Shown here in pieces: positions 45,501 through 54,601 of a stretch of DNA of 60,387 bases. Positions within the stretch are counted from its first letter, which is position 1. Each line of letters starts with the position of its first letter. Origin of the DNA: Actinomycetota bacterium (GTDB lineage: Bacteria > Actinomycetota > UBA4738 > HRBIN12); the NCBI GenBank assembly GCA_036395715.1, contig DASWDB010000141.1, forward strand, positions 1-60,387, given 5' to 3'. A model generated the notes under the pieces. The model saw only the letters and a program-made list of their open reading frames with translations, did not search any database and had not been told where the DNA came from. Both the position numbers and the translations under genes were made by a program.

Positions 45501-47432
45501 CTACCGGCCGACCGCGTCGCGGACAGCGTCGAGGGACCTCGGATCCTCCAGGCTCGAGAGATCGCCGGGATCCTCGCCGAGCGCGGCCGCGCGGATCGCC
45601 CGGCGAACGATCTTCGCGCTCCGGGTCTTGGGCAGCTCGCGGACGAACACGATCCGGGCGGGCGCGAAGGACTTCCCGAGATGGTCGGCGACCACGCGAC
45701 GGAGCTCGTCGGCGTCGCCAGGCTCGTTCGGCTTGAGCACGACGAAACACCACACCTGCTCGCCCTTCATCGGATCCGGCACGCCGACGGCCGCCGATTC
45801 CGCGACGGAGGGATGGGACGCGATCGCCGATTCAACCTCGGCCGGACCGATCCGTTTGCCGGCGATGTTGAGCGTGTCGTCCGAACGTCCTCGGAGGAAC
45901 CAGAAACCGTCTTCGTCACGGACGGCCCAATCGCCGTGGACCCATACCCCCGGCCACCGCGACCAGTAGGTGTCGAGGTACCGCTCGTCGTCGCCCCAGA
46001 TCCCGCGCGTCATCGCCGGCCAGGGCTGCGTGCAGACGAGTTCCCCGACCTCGTTCGGCCCGGCCGGCGTGCCGTCGGGGCGCCAGACGTCGACGTCCAT
46101 GCCGAGCGCCGGGCCACGGAGGGTGAGCGGCTTCAGCTCGCAGATCGGGGTCGGAGACAGGAAGCACGCCCCGACCTCGGTCCCACCCGACAGGTTGATG
46201 ATCGGGAGACGACCCGCACCGACCTGCTCGAAGAGCCAGCCGTAGGAGGCCGGATCCCACGGCTCGCCCGTGGAGGCGAGGATCCGTAGGCTCGAGAGGT
46301 CGTGCGAACGGACCGGATCGAGCCCGTGCGGGATCAGGGCTCGGATCAGGGTGGGGGAGACGCCGAGCGCTGTGACGCCGTGTCGTTCGACGAGCGACCA
46401 GAGGCGATCGGCCGCGGGATGGGTCGGGGCTCCCTCGAACAACAGCACCGTCGAGCCGAGCGCGAGGGAGCCGACGATCTCCCATGGCCCCATGATCCAG
46501 CCGAGGTCGGTCGTCCAGTGCAGCACCTCACCGGGATGGAGGTCGACCTGGTACGCGACCTCCTCGGCGATCTTGACGAGGAACCCGCCATGGACGTGCA
46601 GCACGCCCTTCGGCTTGCCCGTCGTCCCGCTCGTGTACCCGATGAAGAGCGGATGCTCTGCTTCGAGGGGCTCGGCGGGCATCGGGTCGGCATCGTCCGT
46701 GAGCTCGTCCCACCATCGGTCGCGAGGCCCGTGAAACGGCGTCGCGAGATCATCGAGATGACGCAGCACGACGATGTGCTCGACGGAACCTGCGGCCTCG
46801 ACCGCACGGTCGGCCGTCGCCTTCATCGGAACGACCCCGCCCTTCCGGACGGTGCCGTCGGCCGTGATCAGCACCCTGGCCCGCGCATCCGCGAGTCGTG
46901 CTGCGACCGCGTCGGGACCGAACCCGCTGAAGATCGGGACCCAGATCGCGCCGATCTTCGAGCAGGCCATGACCGCGGCGACGGCCTCCGGGATCATCGG
47001 GAGGAAGATGCCGACGGTATCGTGCGCCTCCACCCCGAGGGAGCGGAGCCCCCGCGCGAGCCGATCGGTCTGTTCCCGCAGGTCGGCATAGGTCCACGTT
47101 CGGGTCGAGCCGTCCTCGCCTTCGCCGATCACGGCCCGTGCCTCCGGCGTCCGCGAGGCCCACCGGTCGACGCACTGGTGTGCGAGGTTGAGCGTCCCGC
47201 CCGTGAACCAGGTCGTCCACTCGACCCCAGAACGGGTGTCGAACACCTCGGTGTACGGTTCGAAGAACTCGATGTCGAGGTCACCGACCACGGCATCCCA
47301 GAACCAAGCGATGTTCTCGACGGAGCGGCGGACCAGCTCGTCGTAGGTCTCGATCCGGTGGGCGCGCATGAACCGGGTGACGTTGGCCCGTTCGACATAT
47401 CCACGCGGCGGGGACCAGACGACGTCGTTCAC
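45501..47432 (-). CDS. Acetyl-CoA synthetase-like AMP-forming acyl-CoA ligase
   Basis: GTG at 47432 (VNDVVWSPPRGY). IGYTSGTTGKPKGVLHVHGG is the AMP-binding motif, with TGEPW, WFLRGRSDDTLNIAGKRIG and LPKTRSAKIVRR. The 1046-aa track ORF is a non-coding upstream extension. Confidence 0.88.
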   Translation of the reverse strand: MNDVVWSPPRGYVERANVTRFMRAHRIETYDELVRRSVENIAWFWDAVVGDLDIEFFEPYTEVFDTRSGVEWTTWFTGGTLNLAHQCVDRWASRTPEARAVIGEGEDGSTRTWTYADLREQTDRLARGLRSLGVEAHDTVGIFLPMIPEAVAAVMACSKIGAIWVPIFSGFGPDAVAARLADARARVLITADGTVRKGGVVPMKATADRAVEAAGSVEHIVVLRHLDDLATPFHGPRDRWWDELTDDADPMPAEPLEAEHPLFIGYTSGTTGKPKGVLHVHGGFLVKIAEEVAYQVDLHPGEVLHWTTDLGWIMGPWEIVGSLALGSTVLLFEGAPTHPAADRLWSLVERHGVTALGVSPTLIRALIPHGLDPVRSHDLSSLRILASTGEPWDPASYGWLFEQVGAGRLPIINLSGGTEVGACFLSPTPICELKPLTLRGPALGMDVDVWRPDGTPAGPNEVGELVCTQPWPAMTRGIWGDDERYLDTYWSRWPGVWVHGDWAVRDEDGFWFLRGRSDDTLNIAGKRIGPAEVESAIASHPSVAESAAVGVPDPMKGEQVWCFVVLKPNEPGDADELRRVVADHLGKSFAPARIVFVRELPKTRSAKIVRRAIRAAALGEDPGDLSSLEDPRSLDAVRDAVGR

Positions 47433-47456
47433 GGCTGCATGGTAGAACCGGTGCCG

Positions 47457-48521
47457 ATGAGCCCGCGGATCGGCGTCACCGGCGTGGGGTGGTCGGGGTT
47501 CACGCCCACGACCGCCGGACGCAGCTACAAGGAGCTGATGTTCGAGGCCGCCGCGGCCGCCTACCTCGACGCCGGTGTCGACCCTCGGACCGAGATCGAT
47601 TCGTTCGTGTGTGCCTCCGAGGATCTCGAGGAGGGCACGAGCATCTTCGACGAGTACGTCCCGGATCAGCTGGGCGCCGTCCAGCGGCCCGTGCAGACGG
47701 TCGCCTCGGACGGCCTGTTCGCGGTGGCCACGGCCGTGATGTTGATCCGGAGCGGTGCGGCCGGCGTCGTGGCCGTCGAGGCCCACTCGAAGGCGTCGGA
47801 CATCCTCACCCCGGGCCGGGTCGACGCGTTCGCGTTGGACCCCGTCCTCAACCGCCCGCTGAGGGTGCCCGCGGCGGCGTTGGCGGGGCTCGAGATGCGC
47901 CGGTACCTCCACGCGAGCGGCAGGACCGTGGAGCAGTGCGCCGACGTGGCGGCTCGCAACCGCGACCACGCCCGGTCGAACCGGCGGGCTTCGTTCGCCG
48001 ACGTCGGCGACGACGATGCGCCTCTGTTCGAGCCGCTCACCGCGCATCAGGCCGCGCGGAGCGCGGACGGATGCGTCGTGATCGTCCTCGCCTCCGAGGA
48101 GCGGACGGATGGACGATCGCCCGTCTGGCTGGACGGCATCGGTTGGAGCCAGGATGCGCCGTCGGTGGAGAGCCGCGACTGGTCGCGGGCGGTCGCCGCC
48201 GAACAGGCGGCCGCGACCGCCTACACCCAGGCCGGTGTCCAGCCGAGCGACATCGACACGGCCGAGGTCGACGACACGTTCGCGTACAAGCAGCTCCAAC
48301 ACATCGACGCGCTCGGCCTCACCGAGGTCGATCCCGGGGCCGTCAACCGCTCGGGAGGTGCGCTCGGAGAGGGATACCTCCACGAGGCGAACGGTCTCGC
48401 GAGGACCCTCGCTGCCGTCGAGCAGCTGCGCGACGGCGCCGGGCAGGTTGCGGTCGTCCAGTCGTGGCGCGGGGTTCCGAGCACCAGCGCGGCCGTCGCC
48501 GTCCTGCAGAGGGGTCGATGA
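47457..48521 (+). CDS. Thiolase-fold protein (SCP2-thiolase-like) lacking the canonical Cys/His catalytic residues
   Basis: MSPRIGVTGVGWSGF..., AGVVAVEAHSK, NRSGGALGEGYLHEANGL. TVASDGLFAV sits where the N-A-C-A-S-G nucleophile motif is expected (alignment by eye). Confidence 0.75.
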   Translation: MSPRIGVTGVGWSGFTPTTAGRSYKELMFEAAAAAYLDAGVDPRTEIDSFVCASEDLEEGTSIFDEYVPDQLGAVQRPVQTVASDGLFAVATAVMLIRSGAAGVVAVEAHSKASDILTPGRVDAFALDPVLNRPLRVPAAALAGLEMRRYLHASGRTVEQCADVAARNRDHARSNRRASFADVGDDDAPLFEPLTAHQAARSADGCVVIVLASEERTDGRSPVWLDGIGWSQDAPSVESRDWSRAVAAEQAAATAYTQAGVQPSDIDTAEVDDTFAYKQLQHIDALGLTEVDPGAVNRSGGALGEGYLHEANGLARTLAAVEQLRDGAGQVAVVQSWRGVPSTSAAVAVLQRGR

Positions 48522-48895
48522 AGACGATGCCTCCCATCGACCTCGTCTACCTCTTCGTCCAGGACATGGACCGGGCGGTGGCGTTCTACGAGACCACGCT
48601 CGGACTCCGGCTGCACTTCCGATCGGGGGACGACTGGGCACAGTTCGAGACCGGCACGATCCCGCTCGGCCTGCACGGCGTGCGACCGGGTGAGGCGATG
48701 GAGCGTGGCGGGACGATCGGCTTCACGGTCGACGACCTCGACGCGGCCGTGACCGGGCTGAAAGCGAACGGCGTCGTGATCGCTCACGAAGGCGGAGGCG
48801 AGGACGGAAGGCAGCGCTTCGCCACCTTCACCGACCCGGACGGCAACGTGCTCGCGTTCTTCGAGCGCGCCGATCCCAGCGAGCGGTACGGATGA
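48518..48895 (+). CDS. VOC (glyoxalase/bleomycin-resistance/dioxygenase) family protein
   Basis: ATGA overlap on both sides. IDLVYLFVQDMDRAVAFYETTLGLRL ... FTDPDGNVLAFFE is the typical VOC beta-alpha-beta-beta-beta module. Confidence 0.8.
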   Translation: MKTMPPIDLVYLFVQDMDRAVAFYETTLGLRLHFRSGDDWAQFETGTIPLGLHGVRPGEAMERGGTIGFTVDDLDAAVTGLKANGVVIAHEGGGEDGRQRFATFTDPDGNVLAFFERADPSERYG

Positions 48896-50646
48896 CGGGT
48901 CGTCGCGTCGCGGTCGTCGGCGCCGGGATGACACGGTTCGTCCGCCGCGCACAAGAGACCGGCAAGGAGCTCGCGTTCCAGGCGTCGCGGGCGGCGCTCG
49001 ATGCCGCTGAGATAAAGCTCGATCGGGTCGACGCCGTCTGCCTAACGAGCGCCCCCGACGCCTTCGACGGGGTCCATCGCAAGGGCGACTACCTGGCGGA
49101 TGGCGCCGGCGGATGGAACAAACCATTCATCCGCACGTACGTCGGGGGCGGCAGCGGTGTGTTCACGGCGATCCAAGGCTGGTACACGGTCGCGTCGGGC
49201 CAAGCCGACGTGGTGCTCTGCGTGGCCGAGGAGAAGATGTCGTCCTGCCAGCCACACCCGCAGGGAGCGTTCCTCACGATCTTCGACAACATCCTCGAAC
49301 GGCCGCTCGGCCCGAACCTCCTGTGGATCTTCGCGCTGGAGATGAACCGGTACATGCAACGGTACGGACTGGACAAGCGCGACATCGCCGCCGTCGCGGT
49401 CAAGAACAAGCGCAACGCCGCGGATCACCCCGCAGCGCTGCTCGGACAGGCGGATATCTCGGTGGATGACGTGCTCGCATCCGACGTGCTGGCCTGGCCG
49501 GTGCAACGGCTGGACGTCTCGCCGATCAGCGACGGAGCGGTCGCGATCATCATGGCGTCCGAGGACGCCGCCCGGCGGCTCACCGACGCTCCCGTGTGGG
49601 TCGACGGCGTCGGCTGGAACCTCGATTCGACCTACTGGACGAACCGCGACCTGTCCTACCCGGAGTACGTCGAGAACGCCGCTCGGATGGCCTACGGGAT
49701 GGCCGGCATCACCGAGCCACGCAAGCAGATCCACATCGCCGAGCCCTACGACCCGTTCGACTACAAGGAGCTCCACCATCTCGAAGGGCTCCTGTTGTTC
49801 GACAAGGGGAAGGCGCCGGAAGCGGCAGCCGCGGGTGTGACGGCTCGCGACGGGGACCTCCCGTGCTGCCCGAGCGGAGGCCTCCTCGGGGTGGGCAACC
49901 CGATCGCCGCCGCCGGGCTCATGAAGATCGCCGAGCTGTTCTGGCAGCTCCGTGGCGAAGCGGGAGCTCGCCAGGTGCCGGGGACGCCGGAGCGCGGCGT
50001 GGCGCAGGCCTGGGGCGATCTGATGCAGGTCGGCACCGTGGTCGTGATGGGGAAGGATCGAGACGGTCGCCTTGGGACGTCCGGCCAACAGACGGTCCAG
50101 CCGGCCACCTTGCTCGGTCCGACGTCGCTCTCTGACGCGCAGTTCCGCAGCGCGTCCGGCGCCGTCGAGACGCCGCTGGACGTTCGCTACGCGTGGGATC
50201 CCGGCGATGCGGTCGGTGCCTTCCTCGACGGGCTGCGTGACGAGCGGATCCTCGCGACCACCTGCGTCTCGTGCGGCCGAACCCTCGTCCCGCCCCGAGC
50301 CTTCTGCGAACGATGCTTCCGACCCACCGACGCCTGGAGGGAGCTCCCAGCCGTCGGGACGGTCGAGACCTTCTCGATCTGCCACGTGACGTGGGACATG
50401 CGTCCCCTCGATCAGCCGGAGCTGCCGGCGGTCATCAGGATCGAAGGGTCGAGCGACGGGGGATTCCTTCACCTGCTCGGCGAGGTTGCGCCGGACGACG
50501 TGCGGATCGGGATGTCGGTCGAGGCCGTGTGGCGGCCGATGGACGACCGCACGGGCTCGATCCTCGATATCGCATATTTCCGGCCACGCGAGCCGAGCGT
50601 TCGCCGCGAGCTGGTCGCCGCCGCCGTGGCGGAGGTGGGGTCGTGA
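48892..50646 (+). CDS. Fusion protein: thiolase-fold domain (non-canonical active site) plus C-terminal DUF35 zinc-ribbon/OB-fold domain
   Basis: N-terminal part: VAVVGAGMTRF, DVVLCVAEEKM, PSGGLLGVGNPIAAAGLMKIAELFWQLRGEAG. C-terminal part: CVSCGRTLVPPRAFCERCF (zinc ribbon) followed by OB-like GTVETFSICHV...IRIEG...GMSVEAVWRP. Confidence 0.8.
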   Translation: MTGRRVAVVGAGMTRFVRRAQETGKELAFQASRAALDAAEIKLDRVDAVCLTSAPDAFDGVHRKGDYLADGAGGWNKPFIRTYVGGGSGVFTAIQGWYTVASGQADVVLCVAEEKMSSCQPHPQGAFLTIFDNILERPLGPNLLWIFALEMNRYMQRYGLDKRDIAAVAVKNKRNAADHPAALLGQADISVDDVLASDVLAWPVQRLDVSPISDGAVAIIMASEDAARRLTDAPVWVDGVGWNLDSTYWTNRDLSYPEYVENAARMAYGMAGITEPRKQIHIAEPYDPFDYKELHHLEGLLLFDKGKAPEAAAAGVTARDGDLPCCPSGGLLGVGNPIAAAGLMKIAELFWQLRGEAGARQVPGTPERGVAQAWGDLMQVGTVVVMGKDRDGRLGTSGQQTVQPATLLGPTSLSDAQFRSASGAVETPLDVRYAWDPGDAVGAFLDGLRDERILATTCVSCGRTLVPPRAFCERCFRPTDAWRELPAVGTVETFSICHVTWDMRPLDQPELPAVIRIEGSSDGGFLHLLGEVAPDDVRIGMSVEAVWRPMDDRTGSILDIAYFRPREPSVRRELVAAAVAEVGS

Positions 50647-51068
50647 CCGTCCGAAGGATCGAGGGTGTGCTCCCGGTCGCGTTCCGATACACGCCCGGGG
50701 TGGGCAACACGGCCTTCTTCGAAGCGCTTCGCGACCGAGGGACGTTCCTCGGGGCACGGTGCGCCGACTGCGGGGTCACCTACCTGCCCGCACGGATCTT
50801 CTGCGAACGCTGCCTGGCCGGTCTCATGCCCGACACGGAGTGTGGCCCCGAGGGGACCGTCGAGTCGTGGACCGTCGCACACGAAGACGCCGACGGCTTG
50901 CCCTTGGATCTGCCGGTCACGTTCGCGCTCGTTCGGCTCGATGGCGCCGACACGGTCCTGCTGCACAAGCTGCTCGGATCGACAGACATCGGTGGACGCG
51001 TTCGACCCGTCCTCCGGCCGGACCGCGCGGCGTCCATCCTGGATCTCGAGGGGTTCGAGCCCATATGA
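50643..51068 (+). CDS. Stand-alone DUF35 (zinc ribbon plus OB-fold, acyl-CoA-associated) protein
   Basis: GTGA overlap with the upstream gene. CADCGVTYLPARIFCERCL then GTVESWTVAHE...FALVRLDG. Confidence 0.78.
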   Translation: MTVRRIEGVLPVAFRYTPGVGNTAFFEALRDRGTFLGARCADCGVTYLPARIFCERCLAGLMPDTECGPEGTVESWTVAHEDADGLPLDLPVTFALVRLDGADTVLLHKLLGSTDIGGRVRPVLRPDRAASILDLEGFEPI

Positions 51069-52216
51069 ACTTCGACCTGACCGACGAGCAAGAACAGCTG
51101 CGGGCGCTCGTCCGCGAGTTCGCCGAGAAGGAGGTCGCGCCGGGCGCAGCGGAGCGGGATCAGCGGGAGGCCTTCCCGATCGAGATCGTGAAGAAGATGG
51201 CGGGCCTCGGGCTGTTCGGCCTCCCGATCCCGGAGGAGTACGGGGGCCTCGGGGCCGATGCCGTGACCTGGGCGTTGGTGATGGAAGAGCTGGGAAGGGT
51301 CGACTCGAGCGTCGCCGTCACGCTGTCGGTCGCGTCGGGTCTCGCCGGCGGGATGGTGACGCGCTTCGGCACCAACGAGCAGAAGGAGCGGTGGCTCCCT
51401 CATATCGCCGCCGGAGACATGCTCGCCGGGTTCGCGCTGACGGAGCCGAGCGGTGGCTCAGACATCAAGGCCCTCCGAACCACGGCGCGCCTCGCGGACG
51501 GCACCTGGACGATCGAGGGGTCGAAGTCCTTCATCACGAACAGTGGCACACCGATCACGGGGTTCCTCGTGGTCGCGTGCCGGACCGATGAGCCACCCCA
51601 CGACGTCTCGACGATCATCGTCCCGGCCGATGTTGAAGGCCTCGTCATCGGATCCGAGTACCGGAAGATGGGCTGGCGCTCGACGGATACGCACGAGGTC
51701 GTGTTCCAGGGGTGTCGGGTTCCGGAAGATCACCTGCTCGGCGAGCGGGGCCGCGGGCTCCGCCAATGCCTCGGCTCGCTCGACGACGGTCGGATCGCGA
51801 TCGCCGCGATCTCGGTGGGCCTCGCGCAAGCGTGTTTGGATGCGAGCCTCTCGTACGCGCGAGATCGGGAGGCCTTCGGCCGACCGATCGGCGCGTTCGA
51901 AGCGATCGCCTTCAAGCTCGCCGACATGCGGGTGGCGATCGAGTCCGCTCGCCTGCTCACCTGGAACGCTGCCTGGCTCAAGGACGAGGGTCGCGACTAC
52001 GCGACGGCCGCGGCGACCGCGAAGCTTCGGGCCAGCGATGTCGCCAACGTCTGCGCACGCGAGGCCGTCCAGATCCACGGGGGCTACGGCTACACCGAGG
52101 AGTTCCCGGTGTCCCGCTACTTCCGTGACGCCAAGGTCCTCGAGATCGGCGAGGGCACGAGCGAGATCCTCAGGCTCGTGCTCTCGCGCGATCTCGGTCT
52201 GGAACCGGGGAACTGA
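51065..52216 (+). CDS. Acyl-CoA dehydrogenase
   Basis: ATGA overlap. MNFDLTDEQEQLRALVREFAEKEVAP, GFALTEPSGGSD, and QIHGGYGYTEEFPVSRYFRDAKVLEIGEGTSEI (catalytic Glu context). Confidence 0.92.
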   Translation: MNFDLTDEQEQLRALVREFAEKEVAPGAAERDQREAFPIEIVKKMAGLGLFGLPIPEEYGGLGADAVTWALVMEELGRVDSSVAVTLSVASGLAGGMVTRFGTNEQKERWLPHIAAGDMLAGFALTEPSGGSDIKALRTTARLADGTWTIEGSKSFITNSGTPITGFLVVACRTDEPPHDVSTIIVPADVEGLVIGSEYRKMGWRSTDTHEVVFQGCRVPEDHLLGERGRGLRQCLGSLDDGRIAIAAISVGLAQACLDASLSYARDREAFGRPIGAFEAIAFKLADMRVAIESARLLTWNAAWLKDEGRDYATAAATAKLRASDVANVCAREAVQIHGGYGYTEEFPVSRYFRDAKVLEIGEGTSEILRLVLSRDLGLEPGN

Positions 52217-52219
52217 GGG

Positions 52220-52789
52220 TCAGTCGGCCTTCAGGATCTCCGCGTCGATCTCCAGGTCGACCTTCTTGCCGACGAGCCAACCGCCCGTCTCCACCGACAT
52301 GTTCCACGTCAGGTCCCAGTCGGCGCGCTCGACCGTGGTCTTCGCCGAGAACGCCGCCATCGTCGACTCGCGCATCCCCGGGCCCCACCCCAGGAACTCC
52401 GCCTTGAACGTGATGGGCTTCGTGATGTCCTTGATGGTCAGGTTGCCGTCGATCTCGAACTCGTTGCCTTCCCCGATCCGGATCCCGGTCGACTCGAACC
52501 GGATAACCGGGTACTTCTCGGTGAGGAAGAAGTCTCCGCTGTTGAGGTGGCCGTCCCTCATCTCATTCCCGGTGGTCAGCGCGGCCGCGTTCAGCTCCAC
52601 CACGATCTTGGAGTCCTCGGGCTTCTCGGCGATCTCCACCGAGCCCTCGTACTCGGGGAACTGACCCCGCACCTTCGTAAGCATATGCCGCGCAACGAAC
52701 GAGAACGTCGTATGCGCCTTGTCGAACTCCCACTTCCCCGCGGGCGGGACGCCGATCCCGTTCACGGTCTTCGTCTCGGTGGTGGCCAT
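52220..52789 (-). CDS. YceI-family (polyisoprenoid-binding-like) protein
   Basis: Starts at MATTETKTVNG. WEFDKAHTTFSFVARHMLTKVRGQF, RDGHLNSGDFF and GNLTIKDITKPITF are YceI hallmarks. Confidence 0.85.
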   Translation of the reverse strand: MATTETKTVNGIGVPPAGKWEFDKAHTTFSFVARHMLTKVRGQFPEYEGSVEIAEKPEDSKIVVELNAAALTTGNEMRDGHLNSGDFFLTEKYPVIRFESTGIRIGEGNEFEIDGNLTIKDITKPITFKAEFLGWGPGMRESTMAAFSAKTTVERADWDLTWNMSVETGGWLVGKKVDLEIDAEILKAD

Positions 52790-52959
52790 CAACCCATCCC
52801 CCTTCGTCTCGCTGGACCGCCCCATGCGGCGCCCGATGGAGGGGGTAACGATCCCAAAGGTCCTCGCTATTCCAGAGTTCCTTGGGTTTCGGAATCTCCT
52901 TCCCGATACCGAGCGTTGGAGAGATAGCATGCTGCGGAACGCCGAGCGAGGGAAACGCC

Positions 52960-53295
52960 GTGAGCCTTGAGGAAGAGAGCCCCGTCTGCCGCCATTACCG
53001 TGAGGCGGCCGACATGCTCGGGAAGCGGTGGACACCGCAGATCCTTCGGGGGTTGCTGAGCGGTGTCACGCGCTACACGGACCTCAAGGAGGGAGTGGCG
53101 CCGATCTCGGATGCCCTTCTGTCGGATCGCCTGAAACAGCTCGAGTCGCTCGGCATCGTCCGCCGCGAGGTGACGCCCTCCACGCCCGTGCGCATCACGT
53201 ATGGACTGACGACCAAGGGGGAGGATCTCGCCGGCGTGATCGGCGAGCTGGCGGAGTGGGCCGAGCGCTGGGCTGAAGAGCCGGCTACCCGATAG
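52960..53295 (+). CDS. HxlR-family winged-helix transcriptional regulator
   Basis: CRHYREAADMLGKRWTPQILRGLL...RYTDLKEGVAPISDALLSDRLKQLESLGIVRREV. Divergent from yceI. I chose the GTG at 52960 (GAGGGAAA upstream); the ATG at 52882 is the maximal ORF start. Confidence 0.8.
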   Translation: MSLEEESPVCRHYREAADMLGKRWTPQILRGLLSGVTRYTDLKEGVAPISDALLSDRLKQLESLGIVRREVTPSTPVRITYGLTTKGEDLAGVIGELAEWAERWAEEPATR

Positions 53296-54601
53296 CGGCG
53301 TCGGCGACCGCCAACGCCTCGTCGATGACCCCGAACCCATCCTGCAGCTGTTCCTCGGTGATGCAGAGCGGCGGGTTCGTCATGATGCCGTTCCACCGGA
53401 CCATCGTGAACAGGCCGCGATCGAGCAGCGCGCGGTTCACCGCCACCATGACCTCGTTCGTGACGTTGTAGGGCGACAGTGGCTCCATCGTTTCGCGATC
53501 CTTGACCAGCTCGAGGATCCCGAACAATCCGATGTTCCGATGCAACCCCACACTGGGGTGCCTCGCGGCGAGCTCCTCGTGGTGCGAACGCATCACCGGT
53601 TCCAGGCGCTTCGCGTTCCCGATGAGGTCGTCCTGCTCCAACACGTCGATCGCCGCCAGGGCGGCGGCGCATGAGAGCGGATGTGCGTTGTAGGTGAGAC
53701 CCCCGAAGAACACATTGTCCTCGAAGTGCTCCGCGATCACCGGCGACATCGCGACCGCTCCGAGGGGCAGGTAGGACGATGTCAGGCCCTTGGCCGCCGT
53801 CATCAGATCCGGCACCACATCCCAGTGGTTCACGGCGAACCACTCTCCCGTTCGACCGAACCCGCACATCACCTCGTCGGCGATCATCGCGATCCCGTAG
53901 CGCGTGCACAGCTCGCGCACCCCGTGCAGGTATCCATCCGGAGGGATCAGCACACCGTTCGTCCCGGTGACCGGTTCCAGGATGAAGGCAGCGATCGTCG
54001 ACGCGCCCTCGAGGACGATCTGCTCTTCGAGCCGGTCGAGGGCCGCGTCCGTGGTCTCCTCGGGTCGATCGGGGCCGTGGTATGGGTCGAAGACGCGGAC
54101 GATCCCGGGCACGGGCGGTTGCTCGTTCGCCCATCGACGGGGATCCCCCGTCAGGTTGGAGGTGAGGTAGGTGGCGCCGTGGTACGAGCGATAGCGGACC
54201 AACACCTTACTCCGGCCCGTGAACGCCTTCGCCATCCGGATCGCGTTCTCGTTCGCCTCGGCACCGCCCAGCGTGAAGAAGGTCTTCTCGAGGTCGCCGG
54301 GCCAGAGCGTCGCCAGCTTCTGCCCGAGCAGGGCGCGGGTCTCGTACGCGGCGAACGGGGTGACGTACGGAAGCTTCTCGCCTTGTTTCGTGATCGCGTC
54401 GATCACCCGCTTGTCGCCGTGACCGATGTTGACGCCCATCAGCTGGCTGTTGAAATCCAGGTACCGCGTGCCGTCGGTCGTGAAGAAGTACACACCCTCG
54501 GCATGGTCCACCGACATGGGCGCGATCTTCGACTGTGCCGACCAGTCGTAGAGCGTGTAGCGCCTGGAGAGCTCGACGATCTCCTCGCCCGACAGCGTCA
54601 C
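53285..54601 (-). CDS. Class III (omega) PLP-dependent aminotransferase
   Basis: GTG start forms a GTGA overlap with the upstream amidohydrolase stop. FTLGGAEANENAIRMA, AAFILEPVTGTNGVL, IADEVMCGFGRTGEWFA and LMTAAKGLTSSYLPLGA (PLP lysine). Confidence 0.88.
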   Translation of the reverse strand: MTLSGEEIVELSRRYTLYDWSAQSKIAPMSVDHAEGVYFFTTDGTRYLDFNSQLMGVNIGHGDKRVIDAITKQGEKLPYVTPFAAYETRALLGQKLATLWPGDLEKTFFTLGGAEANENAIRMAKAFTGRSKVLVRYRSYHGATYLTSNLTGDPRRWANEQPPVPGIVRVFDPYHGPDRPEETTDAALDRLEEQIVLEGASTIAAFILEPVTGTNGVLIPPDGYLHGVRELCTRYGIAMIADEVMCGFGRTGEWFAVNHWDVVPDLMTAAKGLTSSYLPLGAVAMSPVIAEHFEDNVFFGGLTYNAHPLSCAAALAAIDVLEQDDLIGNAKRLEPVMRSHHEELAARHPSVGLHRNIGLFGILELVKDRETMEPLSPYNVTNEVMVAVNRALLDRGLFTMVRWNGIMTNPPLCITEEQLQDGFGVIDEALAVADAAIG

